A stretch of 62,557 nt of DNA, counting the filler, from Globobulimina sp. (Eukaryota): NCBI GenBank assembly GCA_003354225.1. It is 33 parts of 33 records of this genome, joined end to end, with 100 filler letters (N's around TTAATTAATTAA, not from the genome) between each part and the next. Parts side by side here need not be neighbours in the genome. Positions count along the whole stretch, not along the records: positions 36,091 to 37,888 come from PIVH01011819.1; positions 37,989 to 39,786 come from PIVH01011820.1; positions 39,887 to 41,684 come from PIVH01011821.1; positions 41,785 to 43,582 come from PIVH01011822.1; positions 43,683 to 45,480 come from PIVH01011823.1; positions 45,581 to 47,378 come from PIVH01011824.1; positions 47,479 to 49,276 come from PIVH01011825.1; 26 more parts are not named here. The stretch is one strand, 5' to 3'. Position 1 is the first letter of the stretch; each line of letters begins with the position of its first letter. A program made the position numbers and the translations under genes. The notes beneath the pieces were generated by a model, which was not told the origin of the DNA, searched no databases, and saw only the letters and a program-made list of their open reading frames with translations. Below, one piece after another: positions 36,183-48,561 of this stretch.

Positions 36183-37478
36183 TCAAGTATTTTTGTTCCA
36201 ACTCGCATCAACTTCTTTTTGTTGTACATTATGTAAATATATTTGTGGACATTGCTGTTTTTGATCATAATATGAAATGCCTTTGTTCCAATTGTACGAC
36301 ACACAATAACCCAAAATACGGCCATTCTTATTAAAATCTAATGTAGTAATCGGCATAAACGAATTATTCACTTTTGAATTATTATTACTGTTATAACCCC
36401 AGCTGGTATTACTATTATTATTGCTATTATTATTCTTATTCATTTTAATCTGTTCGAAATGTTTCAGCCGTGACCTTCCTTCCTTGTCCCAAATATTAAT
36501 TTGTCCGTCATCGCCACCAGTCGCAAATGTGCCAAATTGCTGATGAAACCGCAAACAATTCACAGCAAACACGTCCTGCGAATGTTTGTCGTTCCCTCTT
36601 TGATGTCGATGGCATTTGAATGAGAAATCATTTTTCGAGTCATATTTATCAAAATGTTTAATGGCAGTCCGGCCCTCAATACTGCTGCAAACATAGCCTC
36701 GTTTGTCAGGGAAGACGTCCATACATCGCAACTGGTGTTTGAGCACAGTCTTTTCCAACGACTGATATTGTTTATAATTCCTCAAATCGTAGACTTGCAC
36801 ATATTTATTGGACAAGCCAACCACTAATACATTGCCTCGCTGCGCACTGCAGAACACCTTTGCCGGTAAATTGATGACAGAGACTTTCTGTCCGCTGCGG
36901 ATATCCCAGTAAATCAACGTTCTGTCCCACGAGCCCGAGATCAATATATTGAAATCTGAGGAATATTCGATACATTTCACGCCTGCATTGTGATTGCCTA
37001 AGGTGATGAAGGAATTCTTATTTACATTCCAGATACGGACCGTTGTATCGCAACCGCCGCTAAATATTGACGAGCCGCTGCTGTCCCAACAACAACACAA
37101 TACACCACGGTCATGTTTTTGCTCACCGATACGACGGGTTTTCAACTCATTTGTACTCGAATCATACTGATAACACATTATAAAATTATTCCAACTTGAA
37201 ACTGCAAATAAATCGTAGGAGGGATTGAAGCGTAAGCATGAGATTGCATCGTTTGGTGCATTATCTAACATACAATCATTGTTTGGGTTTAGTGAATTTT
37301 GATTTGATTGCGTGCCCCAAGTATTATTATTATTATTGTTGTTGTTGTGGTTGTTGTTATTGCCCCAGGTGATATTACTATTGCTGCCCCATGTACTGCT
37401 GTTATTGCTGAGGCCGCCCCATCCGGTGTTGTTACTATTATCGTTGTTGTTGTTATTGTTATTGTTCCACCAACTCAT
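36183..37478 (-). CDS. RAE1: mRNA export factor RAE1/Gle2 (WD40) with Asn-rich WG-repeat N-terminus
   Basis: Motifs PNDAISCL, SGSWDRTL, SSIEGR, FSFKCHR, FHQQFGTFATGGDDG, WDKEGRSRLK and SYNWNKG. The terminal SY.W.KG distinguishes RAE1 from BUB3. Confidence 0.9.
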   Translation of the reverse strand: MSWWNNNNNNNNDNSNNTGWGGLSNNSSTWGSNSNITWGNNNNHNNNNNNNNTWGTQSNQNSLNPNNDCMLDNAPNDAISCLRFNPSYDLFAVSSWNNFIMCYQYDSSTNELKTRRIGEQKHDRGVLCCCWDSSGSSIFSGGCDTTVRIWNVNKNSFITLGNHNAGVKCIEYSSDFNILISGSWDRTLIYWDIRSGQKVSVINLPAKVFCSAQRGNVLVVGLSNKYVQVYDLRNYKQYQSLEKTVLKHQLRCMDVFPDKRGYVCSSIEGRTAIKHFDKYDSKNDFSFKCHRHQRGNDKHSQDVFAVNCLRFHQQFGTFATGGDDGQINIWDKEGRSRLKHFEQIKMNKNNNSNNNSNTSWGYNSNNNSKVNNSFMPITTLDFNKNGRILGYCVSYNWNKGISYYDQKQQCPQIYLHNVQQKEVDASWNKNT

Positions 37479-37548
37479 GTTATTGATTTACAAGTTTTGG
37501 ACTCAAGGTATAGCTTCACTTTGGTAAAAAGTAGATAACAAAGTTAAT

Positions 37549-37888
37549 TTATTTAATTTTTGAGATCGATGCCATATTTCTCGTCCACGATTGCTTATCA
37601 TGGTTTTTGAAAAGCGTATTATTCTCCAATTGTATCGCATTGATTGAAGCTATAATCACTTTTAATTGTGGTATTTTATAACAATGATTATCGTTTTGTT
37701 TCCTTTCAATTACGTTCATATATTCAATTTTTACATGCTTGCTAATGTTTTTCCATTGATTATTTGGGATCCATTCCTTCAATCTGTTATCAATATATTT
37801 AGCAATATTGTCCATAGTCTCATTATCAACATACTGTATACCTTTAATGACAGAAATATCATTAATTCCAAAATATATACTGCCACCA
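37549..37888 (-). CDS. Schlafen/AlbA_2 domain protein, C-terminal part
   Basis: The frame is open from the contig edge: GGSIYFGINDISVIKGI...LKEWIP...VKIEYMNV...LKVIIASI...SWTRNMASI, matching AlbA_2 GG.I..GV.D.G.V.G ... Y.R...S. Confidence 0.65.
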
Positions 37889-37988
37889 NNNNNNNNNNNN
37901 NNNNNNNNNNNNNNNNNNNNNNNNNNNNNNNNTTAATTAATTAANNNNNNNNNNNNNNNNNNNNNNNNNNNNNNNNNNNNNNNNNNNN

Positions 37989-38340
37989 TCTCTTTCATCT
38001 CAATTAATGCGGCCTGCTCTTCGGAGCTAATCACATTCTATTTATTTTACAGACAAATTAATTAATTGTTCGCTGACAATGATATTAATTCGGAACAAGA
38101 TAAAGTATATTCCCTTAAAAACACAGTGTATGATGCTGTGATTGCTGACATACCCAAAAATTGCCAGACTGCGACTTTGCTCTTTCAATAATATATCGAA
38201 GCTTATTTAATTCTTTGCAATGTTTTTAAATTCATATCATTTGCAATCAAATCAATTTCATCATCTTTAATATGCTTTAATTCATCACTGAATAATACAT
38301 CATATCATATATTAATTATTAAATCTACAAATCATAAATA
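37989..38340 (-). CDS. SAM-like/coiled-coil protein fragment
   Basis: DELKHIKDDEIDLIANDMNLKTLQRIKL is SAM-like, and a further exon VISSEEQAALIEMKE lies at the contig edge. Exon structure is unresolved. Confidence 0.3.
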
Positions 38341-38523
38341 GACAATTTGACATACACAGAGCTTATATCATTAATTAATTTCCGTATCATCGCAGATTTA
38401 ACACCGTGTCTACGTAACCATTCTATAAAAGCATTCTCGCCGCATCCACCTGTTCCTTCCACTTGTGCTGACATTCTTCGATTACACTCGACTCTGACAG
38501 TAGAAAAAACCTAATAAAGGTGT

Positions 38524-39786
38524 TTGACAATTATGTCGTCTTCAAGTTGTTTTACAAACTTAGATTTAATTGATATATTACAACAACATTGGTATTATCA
38601 TATATCATTGAGCACACTCAGTAGCACAGATTTTATTTTATCAATTTTTATGTTGATTGAAGTGAATAGATATTATGAGGAATGGTTTTGGATAATGATT
38701 GTAATTGTGGCCTTTGGCAGAGTGTGTTGCAGTGTTATGCCATTTGCTTTTTATACCTCCACTAAACCACGAATGGAAAGAGCTGCCCTATGTTTCCGCT
38801 TATATTCAATTACGATGTTGTTCCTTTTCTCACCATTGCATTCCTTATATCATTCCGCCTTTAACAATACATTGTTATTGGATTTGTTACGTTTGCGGGA
38901 ACGGAAACATTATTTGGATTTAAATGATTGTAAACGGCATAAATCAGCATTTCAAGATTGGGTCAATAATTCTGTCAAAATACATATATTTCATTCTTAT
39001 CCGCACACATTCTCACAAGCAATGCCTCAATGCATAGTATATTATTCATGAAAACTTAACATTTGATAAAAATGCATTCATTTTTTGTACATTTTTTATC
39101 AATTTATTTACAATCATTGTGTCTGCACCAATTTGGAGTTCCCGATTGTATTATTCATTGTCAATTGGCAGAGATCATTATCATTTTTGGACATTTATAT
39201 TTAATATGTTTGCTAAAACAGTGGATTTCATCGGTCTTTTATATATCATTGCATATTTAAATGATGTGAGGTATTTACAACGTTTATTATCATTGAAAAT
39301 CAATACAAATCTAATTCACATATTTTTTGTCAATGATAATAAATTATCCAATATCTTAAGTTATAATTATGATGATTTTTCCATTTCATTCCCAAGAAAT
39401 ATATTCAATCCGCAATATGAACTCGTTTATGCATTGTGGTATTACCAGTTTCTGTTTGTTTGTTGTGCTTTACTTTTATGCGTAATATTTATTGGAAATG
39501 TAAGCAGTGCCTACATGTTATGGGATGTGTTTGGTCGAATGGATCCTTCTGCGGCTGACTCGTTCAAATGTCAACATGTATGCGGTGGATGTTTGACAGC
39601 TATTTACACCGTTTTAGTTGCTCCGATTGCTGCGATACAATGCATTCTATGGATAGCCAACGCCTTAATTTCATTACAAGTGTCGTGTTTGGGTTGGATC
39701 TCCATTTTAATTGCAACCGTTGTTCGCAACTTTGCCACCTGTTCGCAGGACACATTTTGGTGTGATATAATAACATGGATTAAACA
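38524..39786 (+). pseudogene. Multi-pass membrane protein, possibly XK-related, interrupted near 39050
   Basis: STDFILSIF...YYEEWFW and FSQAMPQCIVY resemble the XK-family D..D and E..PQ motifs. The reading frame breaks between 39051 and 39119. Confidence 0.35.
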
Positions 39787-39886
39787 NNNNNNNNNNNNNN
39801 NNNNNNNNNNNNNNNNNNNNNNNNNNNNNNTTAATTAATTAANNNNNNNNNNNNNNNNNNNNNNNNNNNNNNNNNNNNNNNNNNNN

Positions 39887-40016
39887 AATCAACCATTTAC
39901 GTTATGTTGCTTCAAGAATCAAATACGAAGAAGAAATGTTGTTAGAAAATCTCGGTACTGACTACAAGCAATATAAAGATAAAGTGCAGTATAAACTTGT
40001 TCCATTTATTTATTGA
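39887..40016 (+). CDS. Isoprenylcysteine carboxyl methyltransferase/PEMT family, C-terminal end
   Basis: RIKYEEEMLLENLGTDYKQYKDKVQYKLVPFIY* matches R...EE..L...FG..Y..Y...V...IP. Confidence 0.75.
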
Positions 40017-40169
40017 TCGATCGATATCGTTTTGAATAAGTTGTGGGAAACGTGTGCGTCAAAGTTTTGAGTGGAATTTAGAAACTTGTATTAACTTTTG
40101 CTGCAAGATTGTTATGAATTGAATGATATCAATGAAACAATACACAAAATTATTTTTAATTTTCTGTGT

Positions 40170-41005
40170 CTATTTTTTATTTGCATTTGAAAGAATATTT
40201 TGCTTACCAATCACATATTTATTTGTAAAGGCTTTAATGGATTGTCTGTACGAAACATTTGGATGTTTGCCTGGTGGCGAAGTAATTATATTAATTAAAT
40301 TCTTAGCATCCTCCATATCAAGATTTGAAATATTTTGCAATACTTTAACAATAACATTCGAAGCCAATGGACCTAATAATTGACAAATAGTAACACATAA
40401 AATATTTAACTCTGCATTTGACTGATTATCGCCAACCACATTTCTGCTCAATGCACTCAATGCTCCTTCAAATATTTTACCGCATTGCACATATAAATAT
40501 TCCATTTTATATTTCGCCACAAACGCTACAATTTTTGACGCAACCTGCGATATTCGTATATGACAAGAAGTAGATAACCAATTCAATGAACACTCAATAC
40601 CGCAGAATAAACATTTACATAAATTCTCATTTTTTAATATCAACAGCACCAATTTATCTTGCTTTAAATGTATTTTCTTTTCCTTTGCATTTTCATTTCC
40701 ATTTTCATTCTCTTTCTCTTCCTCAATGACATGTGATGGAAAATTTGTTTTTAAAAAATCATTATTAAACTTTGCAGTTGTTTTATGTTTCGATTTTCTC
40801 GAATTTCTGTTTAGTTTCTTATCATCATACAACCGGATAAACCCTCTCTCTTTGTGGCTAATCGTGAGCATCGCAATGGCCATCCACAATTTTTGTGAAG
40901 CATCTCGCAAAGCAAACTCATGGAACACTTCATTTCTTAAACCCGACGAGGTCTGACGATTATTGTCATCATTAAAATTAAATGGCAGGTTATTATGACT
41001 TATAT
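40170..41005 (-). CDS. Host alpha-helical (HEAT/ARM-like) protein C-terminus, fused to a foreign 5' part
   Basis: AT-rich, with an Asn/Lys/Glu-rich linker followed by amphipathic helices. The family is not identified. Confidence 0.45.
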
Positions 41006-41684
41006 TGTTATTCGCCATAAACTCATTAATAACCACCGCCGAATCAGGCATCTCGCTATAGATCCCGCTCAGCGTCGCCGTCTGACCTTTTTCAATGTCC
41101 ACTTCCTGATCGGACGGAATCAGCCAGTCACTGATCGGATTAAACTCAACCGTATAAGGCCCTCCTGGCAGATCGCTCAATACCGTCCCCGAGCCCAGCC
41201 ATTCTCCCCCGGCTATCCGCCACCGCGCCCCGGCCTGTACCGCCTGCGCCGGCGTTATAGTAACCTGCAACGAACCCGACCAGTTTTCCAGCCAGTTGCC
41301 CGCGATTACTCCATAATCTTCAAAATCAATCTCCTCGCCGCCTGTCAGATTAAACACGCCTCCAGACGGATCAAGCCACAACCCCGCCATAATCAAAATA
41401 TCGTCCAGCCCCACTCGGCAATTTTCATCCAAATCACCCTCCGGACATAACGGTTCCAACACCGTGATCATAACCGTATCGAAATCTGTCTGTTCCAACT
41501 CGTCTCGTGCCGCCAACTGCAATTCATACTCGCCTGGCCCTGGGAAAATCGCAATCGTGCAAGGATCGCTCAAGTTATCGAAAATCACCTCGCCCCCGCT
41601 CAACTTTGCCCACACAATCTCCAATTGCCCCAGCCCGCAAGGATCGTCGTCGCTTGCCGTTCCCGCAAGTTGTGCCGTCGTCGC
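41006..41684 (-). CDS. Bacterial (Planctomycetota/Phycisphaerae-like) surface protein fragment: PKD-like, dockerin-like and start of lamin-tail domain
   Basis: Abrupt rise in GC. PKD-like WAKLSGG...PGEYELQLAA; paired GDLDENCRVGLDDI...WL / IDFEDYGVIAGNWL; GSLQVTITPAQAVQAGARWRI; VVINEFMANN. Confidence 0.8.
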
Positions 41685-41784
41685 NNNNNNNNNNNNNNNN
41701 NNNNNNNNNNNNNNNNNNNNNNNNNNNNTTAATTAATTAANNNNNNNNNNNNNNNNNNNNNNNNNNNNNNNNNNNNNNNNNNNN

Positions 41785-43582
41785 TAATATTAATAATATT
41801 AATAACAGCACGGACAACAACACTCAACAAATAACAGCTAATAATAATTCACATATTATTATGAAAAATAGCAATAATATTGACACACAAATACAATTAC
41901 AAACACCACAAACACAGAATACTGCGGATAATAACCACCATCACAATGCCGCCCCGCTGCTATTTCGCCTCTCCTCCACCTCCCCATCCTTACCATTATC
42001 CAATCAAAGGAACAAAAAAAGGAAAAAAAACAAAAAAAGATGTGCAGCCTTGGATTATTTATCCGATTCGCCCAAAAAAAAACGTGGTCGAAAAGTGAAA
42101 GACAAAAAAAATTTACCACCAATACAAAAGCAGCCATTTTTCTTAGTATTCCCTGATTTGCGTTTAAAATGTCCTCAATGCGATCACATCGCCATCTGCC
42201 AAGGCACCCTCGTACAGCATCTACGGACGCATCCAGAGTCTCGCAAATGTCCCCAATGTAGTAAAATAGTTTGGTTATACCTCTATATATCATAGACATA
42301 CAAGGTGCCACATACCACCACTAACGATATGCTATACTTTCTGCCAAAATATTCAGTTTTCAACGCAACAAAATCTGATAAAACACGCTCGATTGCATAC
42401 CGGCGAGAGGCCGTATCCGTGCCCTATAGGACGATGCAAATGGGCCTATAAACAGAAAGGTGACTTATTAGCCCATATTCAACGCGGCAAACACGGCACT
42501 TCTTCGGATAACAACCGCAAACCGCCGCCTTTCAAGTTCTACCATGGCAGCACAAAGTTGCCGACGTTGCATGCCATATCGAAGCAGGATGTGTTCGCTG
42601 CGCCAGACTTGAAACAATTGATCGTGGCCTTACGCAAAAGGGAGGAAATGAAGAAAAAGCAAAAAGAAAAAGTCAAACAAAAAAGAAAAAACCAGTTGGA
42701 TGACTTCGTACTATCTATGTTTTTATCAATATACGACATCGACAATCACGAAATGAAGAACTTATTGAAAATTGCTAGGACTAAATATCAGGAAAAGATG
42801 TTGAAAAAGCAAGTCAATATAAAAAACCTCAACGCAGCGTCAGTGAGTTCGAGCAGTGACAGCGAAGAGGTCATATTCGCTGACAACAAACAAGAACAAT
42901 ACTTGAAAATCGATACGCTGCCCATTGGCAAGAAAGTCAATATCAAATTTAAGTATTTGGTGAACAGAGTGTACGGCGATTACAGCATTGTGTTGGTGCC
43001 GGTTCACAGTGTGCCGCGCGACGAGATTTACGAGCAAACGCCAGAGATCGTTATCGACCCCAAATTGATTCCTGCGTTGCAGAACGAAATGTATTTTAAG
43101 TTCGAGGCTGCGGAGAATATCAACAATGCGGCGTTGAATGCGCAGATTGAATGTGACATACCGCCACCTGTAAAGAAGCAGAAACTAAATAATGGACAAA
43201 GTAACTGCAACATTAAAGAATTGAGCGAGAACCACATTGTTTTAGGCAAAGGTGGCCGCGGTGTGTTAGGCCGAGCCATTGGCCATATGCCGAGGTACTG
43301 TGTTTCTTTTTTCTTTTCGGAGAAAAAGCAGTCAATCAATATTTTTATTTATTTTTTTTTAGGAAACGGCAATATCATAAATACAACCAAACCTACGAAG
43401 GCTTTTGGCAGTGCGATGCGCCAAATTGTGGCAGTTTGTATTTGAGCAAGGAATTGTTGGAGAAGCATTGCAAAGAATTGCACGATTCGGGCTATTATGG
43501 ATGTAAATATTGCGAACGGATCTATCGGTCACAGAAAAACGTACAGAATCATCTCAAAAAAGCGCACGAAAAGCACGGCGAC
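41785..43582 (+). CDS. C2H2 zinc-finger transcription factor (five fingers visible), partial; introns 42269-42356 and 43295-43362
   Basis: Splicing gives CPQCSKI/FSTQQNLIKHARLHTGERPYPC with the canonical TGERP linker, and later WQCDAPNC...H...H and CKYCER...HLKKAH. Confidence 0.85.
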
Positions 43583-43932
43583 NNNNNNNNNNNNNNNNNN
43601 NNNNNNNNNNNNNNNNNNNNNNNNNNTTAATTAATTAANNNNNNNNNNNNNNNNNNNNNNNNNNNNNNNNNNNNNNNNNNNNCCATTTCAATTAATGGTG
43701 GAATATTTAAAATATCTGCATTTTCATGGCAACATAAACAGCAATCTTGAGATACTAATTGTTGATTTTTGAATTGAGCACATGGACATAATATCATTTT
43801 GGCTCTTTCTTTATGTGACAGGTTGGCCATGGAAAGAAGGTTTTTTTTTACTGATTTCAGCTGCAGTGCAAAGTTAACAAACTGAATTGAAAAAAGAAGT
43901 TCGTTCAATATGTCCGGCATTTACAATAACTC

Positions 43933-44883
43933 TTATATGTCGATCCGGCATTTAATTTTCCAATATATATTATCTGTTGCATTAAAACTACAGCCTAAAA
44001 CACTAAAATTATGCGAAGAATCAGTGTCTGACCGTATAAAAGTTGCACCATTTGAATTATGTGTACATTTAGTGATAAATCTGCATTTTTTTGCATAGAA
44101 ATTTCCATCTTCGATGGAAAACCAATGTTTAATTACACAGTTTTCCATCCATAAATTGCTTTTTTCGCCCAATAAGACATAAACATCATTCTCCGATGGA
44201 ACAATGGTAATGTTTTGAATATACATGTTTTTACACAAAAAACGAAAGTCTCTGTCACATGAACTCGTCAATAAATTAATGCACACATTCTCACTAATTC
44301 CGATAATCGCAATTTCATCAAAATAATTACCTCCGTAATCCGATAATGTATAAACTCCGTCTTCCACAAATATAATAATTTTGTTATATTCATTCTTAAG
44401 GATGTCATCAAATGAATGATACACTTCTTTATTGTCTACATATTGCAATAAAATGTCTCTTTTAGTCAATAAGAATTGCTTCGGAGAGTCAGGCATATCA
44501 TTATTATTACCGTTGAAATCAAATATCAATTCAACATTGTTCGCAAAATCTGTCTCAAAATTCTCATTATTCACCATTTTTTTTGTTTGATTCAATCTCA
44601 TTTCGGCATTTTGTCCACTCAGATATTTGAGTGTTTTATCCACGCATTGAACTGCACCACAATATGGAATGAATGATAGTATTTGCTGCATTGCGTCATG
44701 AGAAATGATTTTATGAATGGAGCATAATTTGAGTTGCATTGATTTTCTTTCATTTGGTGCAATTCTGCCGATTGCATTATTTGCTACATCTCGAAGCGTG
44801 TCAATGGGCAGTGCTTTGAATATAGGAAGCAAGTCTTCTGCATTTGTTGCATTGTCAACTCGCTCTATTAACAGAGAGGACAT
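43933..44883 (-). CDS. F-box-like plus beta-helix-like protein
   Basis: SIHKIISHDAMQQILSFI...VDKTL is F-box-like. IIFVEDGVY, IQNITI, MENCVI and AKKCRF resemble right-handed beta-helix rungs. May continue past 43933 via an intron or frameshift. Confidence 0.5.
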   Translation of the reverse strand: MSSLLIERVDNATNAEDLLPIFKALPIDTLRDVANNAIGRIAPNERKSMQLKLCSIHKIISHDAMQQILSFIPYCGAVQCVDKTLKYLSGQNAEMRLNQTKKMVNNENFETDFANNVELIFDFNGNNNDMPDSPKQFLLTKRDILLQYVDNKEVYHSFDDILKNEYNKIIIFVEDGVYTLSDYGGNYFDEIAIIGISENVCINLLTSSCDRDFRFLCKNMYIQNITIVPSENDVYVLLGEKSNLWMENCVIKHWFSIEDGNFYAKKCRFITKCTHNSNGATFIRSDTDSSHNFSVLGCSFNATDNIYWKIKCRIDI

Positions 44884-45039
44884 GTTTACAAGATGTTAAT
44901 ACTGCACTCAACATTTTGTCTGTCCTCAGCCGGCCGGGCCATCTAAATATTTTAAGAATCATTCATTCAGTATCATATCATGTGTGAGTTAGTCGCGAAT
45001 GCAACATTTGGCGTTGAATATAAGGAAGCTCTGTACCAT

Positions 45040-45383
45040 TTCATCTTGTCAAAACCAGGAAGAAACCATAATTATTTGTGGAGGATCTGGAGCCGAAAAA
45101 AGCCATCCATTACTGGGAATACAACGTAAACTTGAAAAAATATCAACAGCTTCCATCAATGCCGGAAATGGCAGCGGGTCATCACATATTCAAGATCAAT
45201 GACAAATTGTTGTTAATGGGATTCCGAGACAAATACATGTTGATATTTGATATAAAAATGAATAAGTGGTGTAAACAGGATATACCACTCATCATTGGAT
45301 CGGCATTATGTTGCAAAACAGATGACAGTGACCATATTCACATTATATCAACACATTCGAGCACTTTTCAACAAAAATCATAA
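45040..45383 (+). pseudogene. Kelch-repeat fragment
   Basis: IIICGG is in one frame, and EYNVNLKKYQQLPSMP...H...LLLMG...FDIKMNKW is in another. Confidence 0.4.
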
Positions 45384-46137
45384 TTAAAACCCATACCACA
45401 TTCAACCAAAATAAAAAATACACATACATAGCTGCAACAATCACACATTAATTCTAATGTTTCATCAAAAAAATACGAAANNNNNNNNNNNNNNNNNNNN
45501 NNNNNNNNNNNNNNNNNNNNNNNNTTAATTAATTAANNNNNNNNNNNNNNNNNNNNNNNNNNNNNNNNNNNNNNNNNNNNTGGAGCAACACCTTCATCCA
45601 AAAGGAGCACGACAAGGCCAAGGCGATGATTCCCAAAGCCACCGACCATAATTAAACAAACGCATTCCACCATAGTTACTGGCTCTTGATATATTTAAAA
45701 TACTTTTGAACTGATTTCCGTATTGCTACTTTTATCATCGTTTGGGTGTTTTTGATGCTGATTCGCCATTCACGAAACGATACAAATTACAGATTTACAG
45801 TACTAGTTCATGCACAAAAAAAGGGAAGGATAATGTGGCAAATCAATATTTATTCCAACCACATCTGACATGTACATATTTATTACTTGACATGCACATA
45901 TTATCCAAAATGATATTTATTGAATGTGCGTATTCGCTGAAAATAAAAATTAGTGTTGTGTGGCCTGTATCCAATATCTAACACATTTCACTAATTAATC
46001 TGCCTTTTTTTTATGACTGATAGACGTTTGTCTTGTATAGAGAGCCAGTTATTTATCAGTGGCAAATTTGTATTTTTAACCGTTCGCGAACCAAAAGTTT
46101 TATTTAAGCAAACTTGTGAAGAAAACATGTTGAAATA

Positions 46138-47378
46138 ATGGATGATTGGATCCATATTCCACCATCATGTACGGGCAAATTACAATCAAATTTGGTCGAT
46201 ACACGCATTTTTGCGGGGCTATGCACATTCCCTTTCATTGAAACTCTAATAATAATCGTTGACTATCAACGACGCGATGTACATTACAAAACACTGATTC
46301 ATTTGGAAGAATTTGATGCTGCGCTGGTTGCTGAATCTATCGAATGGGAAGTAAGTTATAACCAAGTAACTGCTTCAGAATTAAACGAAATTATTATGGT
46401 CATTCAGGAGAAAAGCACCAATGCTTCAAAAAGAATGAGACGTTCATTACGGGCTTGTAACCTCAAATATAAATTGAAGATAGTCCCTGACAGTCAAGAC
46501 AGCTGCGGTTTAGCTGTCCCATTAAATGGGGAACCTTTTGCAATATCAAAGTCAAAGCTGACAGAATGGATATCGATGCCATATATGACACAGAGACCAA
46601 AATATTGCATCATTCGACATCCGCAGGAATTGCAATTTTGTCTGGAAAAGGGTATTTTGTTCGGAATGAATAATAAAGACACATTTAGTCCATGCATCAC
46701 GCACAATGGAATGCATTGGGAACTGTCCGCTTCGCAGAAATACCCGTTGCTCCACAAACAGTTGAATTTATTTATGTTATCCTTTGGCGACAAAGCCTCT
46801 TTGCACGAAATTAAGCAAAAAATGCGAGATATGTTCAGAAGCACGAAATTTGAACCGAGTGTTCTAAACAAAGCATGTTTATCTGCCAAATTATTAAAGA
46901 ATAAGAAGCAAAACGATATTCATATTTTATTTGAGGATATAATTATAGAGATTTGTCACTCTGTTTTAGTTTTAAATGTATTGCAACCAAATCAAAAAAC
47001 AACATTGCTTCATTTGATTAATAATATACCGAATATTGATATGTTTGAACTGTTGAAATTATATGCAAATGTTGAAAAATATACAAATTTTCATCAGTTA
47101 ATGAATTATTTTTCTTTTGCCGCATTTGGTGCGGAATTACAAAGTATTGCATATTCTGCCAATTTATTTTATAGAGAAGGATTGGTTTATTATCAGAATA
47201 ATGATTTTTTGACCGCTAAGAAATGTTTTTGGAATGTGTTGGTACGGCGTTTTTTGGTTTATTGTGTTCCGTCCAATGCGTTGTTGTGTGGCCATTATAA
47301 CTATGCAGCTTCGTGCCAGAATGCAAGAGATGAGAACAATGCATCTAATTATATGAGATTGGCATATTATATCAATGA
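46138..47378 (+). CDS. Hypothetical protein with TPR-like C-terminus, 3'-partial
   Basis: Long open frame. FYREGLVYYQNNDFLTAKKCF and HYNYAASC...ASNYMRLAYYIN are TPR-like. Confidence 0.6.
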
Positions 47379-48561
47379 NNNNNNNNNNNNNNNNNNNNNN
47401 NNNNNNNNNNNNNNNNNNNNNNTTAATTAATTAANNNNNNNNNNNNNNNNNNNNNNNNNNNNNNNNNNNNNNNNNNNNCGCGGCCGTCCAAAAAAATACA
47501 AACAACAACGCTCTAATATGTGCATTGATGACATGTAAATTAATTATTATGTCTTTTTTTAAATAAACTGTTTAATAAATATCAAATCAATTAATAATGA
47601 ATAACCGGGTACGATCTAATTTCATTGTGGTGATCGATAGAATTATAGGTCTAACTTTTTTCATTAATGTGAATGATTTCTAAAATAAACATATAAATCC
47701 TTAATACCAAATCTATGAATAGCTGTCCACATTTGCATGCATGTTGAGTGTCTATATATGTTTTTGAGAACATATTTACTGTTTACATCCGGTGTTTTGT
47801 CGAAAGTGTTTTATCAACAAAATCAAAAAAAAAAAGACCAAAACTTTCAACATATCTCTGCAAGGCAAGGAAAGAAGAAATACAAACATGAAAACATAAC
47901 GTGACTGAATCCATAATCAATTATTTGTCCACTGAATTCAGTTCGTAATAAAACATTTTATATGTGACCACCAAATATATTCACAGCCAATATTCAGTTG
48001 ATCACTCTTCACATTGTACTCCAACTGCTATGGATCCAACAAACGAACCAACATATGCCCCAACCACAGACTGGCAGACCAAACTATAGATTCTTTTTCC
48101 GAATTATTACGGTCCTTATAACCTATTTTGAACCTATTTTGTCAATTTTTATGTCATATTTGGTGAAAATTTATGTCATATTTGGAGAATTTTTTGAACA
48201 AAATATGAAATGTGTAATAAAATTTGGGACATAGTTATAATGGCAGTAATAATATGCTTTATTATTTTCTTTTCTCTCTTTATCACGTATACCAAATGTT
48301 AGTCAAACAATCAATGTTCCATTGTCTTTATCATCCAATCGTAAATATTAATAATTTAAATTATTTTTTAATGAATGATGGTGGGATTTCTTGCATATAT
48401 TTAAATGATGAAGAATCTAAGAATGATAATGGTGGCATTCCCATTCGTTTCCCATAATGTCATAATTGCGTGCCAATGGATAAATATTTTACGGTCCCAC
48501 TAATTCCGATCAATAAAATAAAATAAAATAAAAAGAAAATCCAAAATTAAATTATCTAGTT

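Noticed and set aside
37308..37538. Poly-Leu/Ile/Val ORFs suggesting membrane peptides
   Set aside because: They are the antisense of the poly-Asn codons in the RAE1 N-terminus.
3801..37888. A defence island made of the ART-like, DXO, LINE and Schlafen genes
   Set aside because: Each gene is on a different unlinked contig, so co-occurrence reflects only similar contig length.
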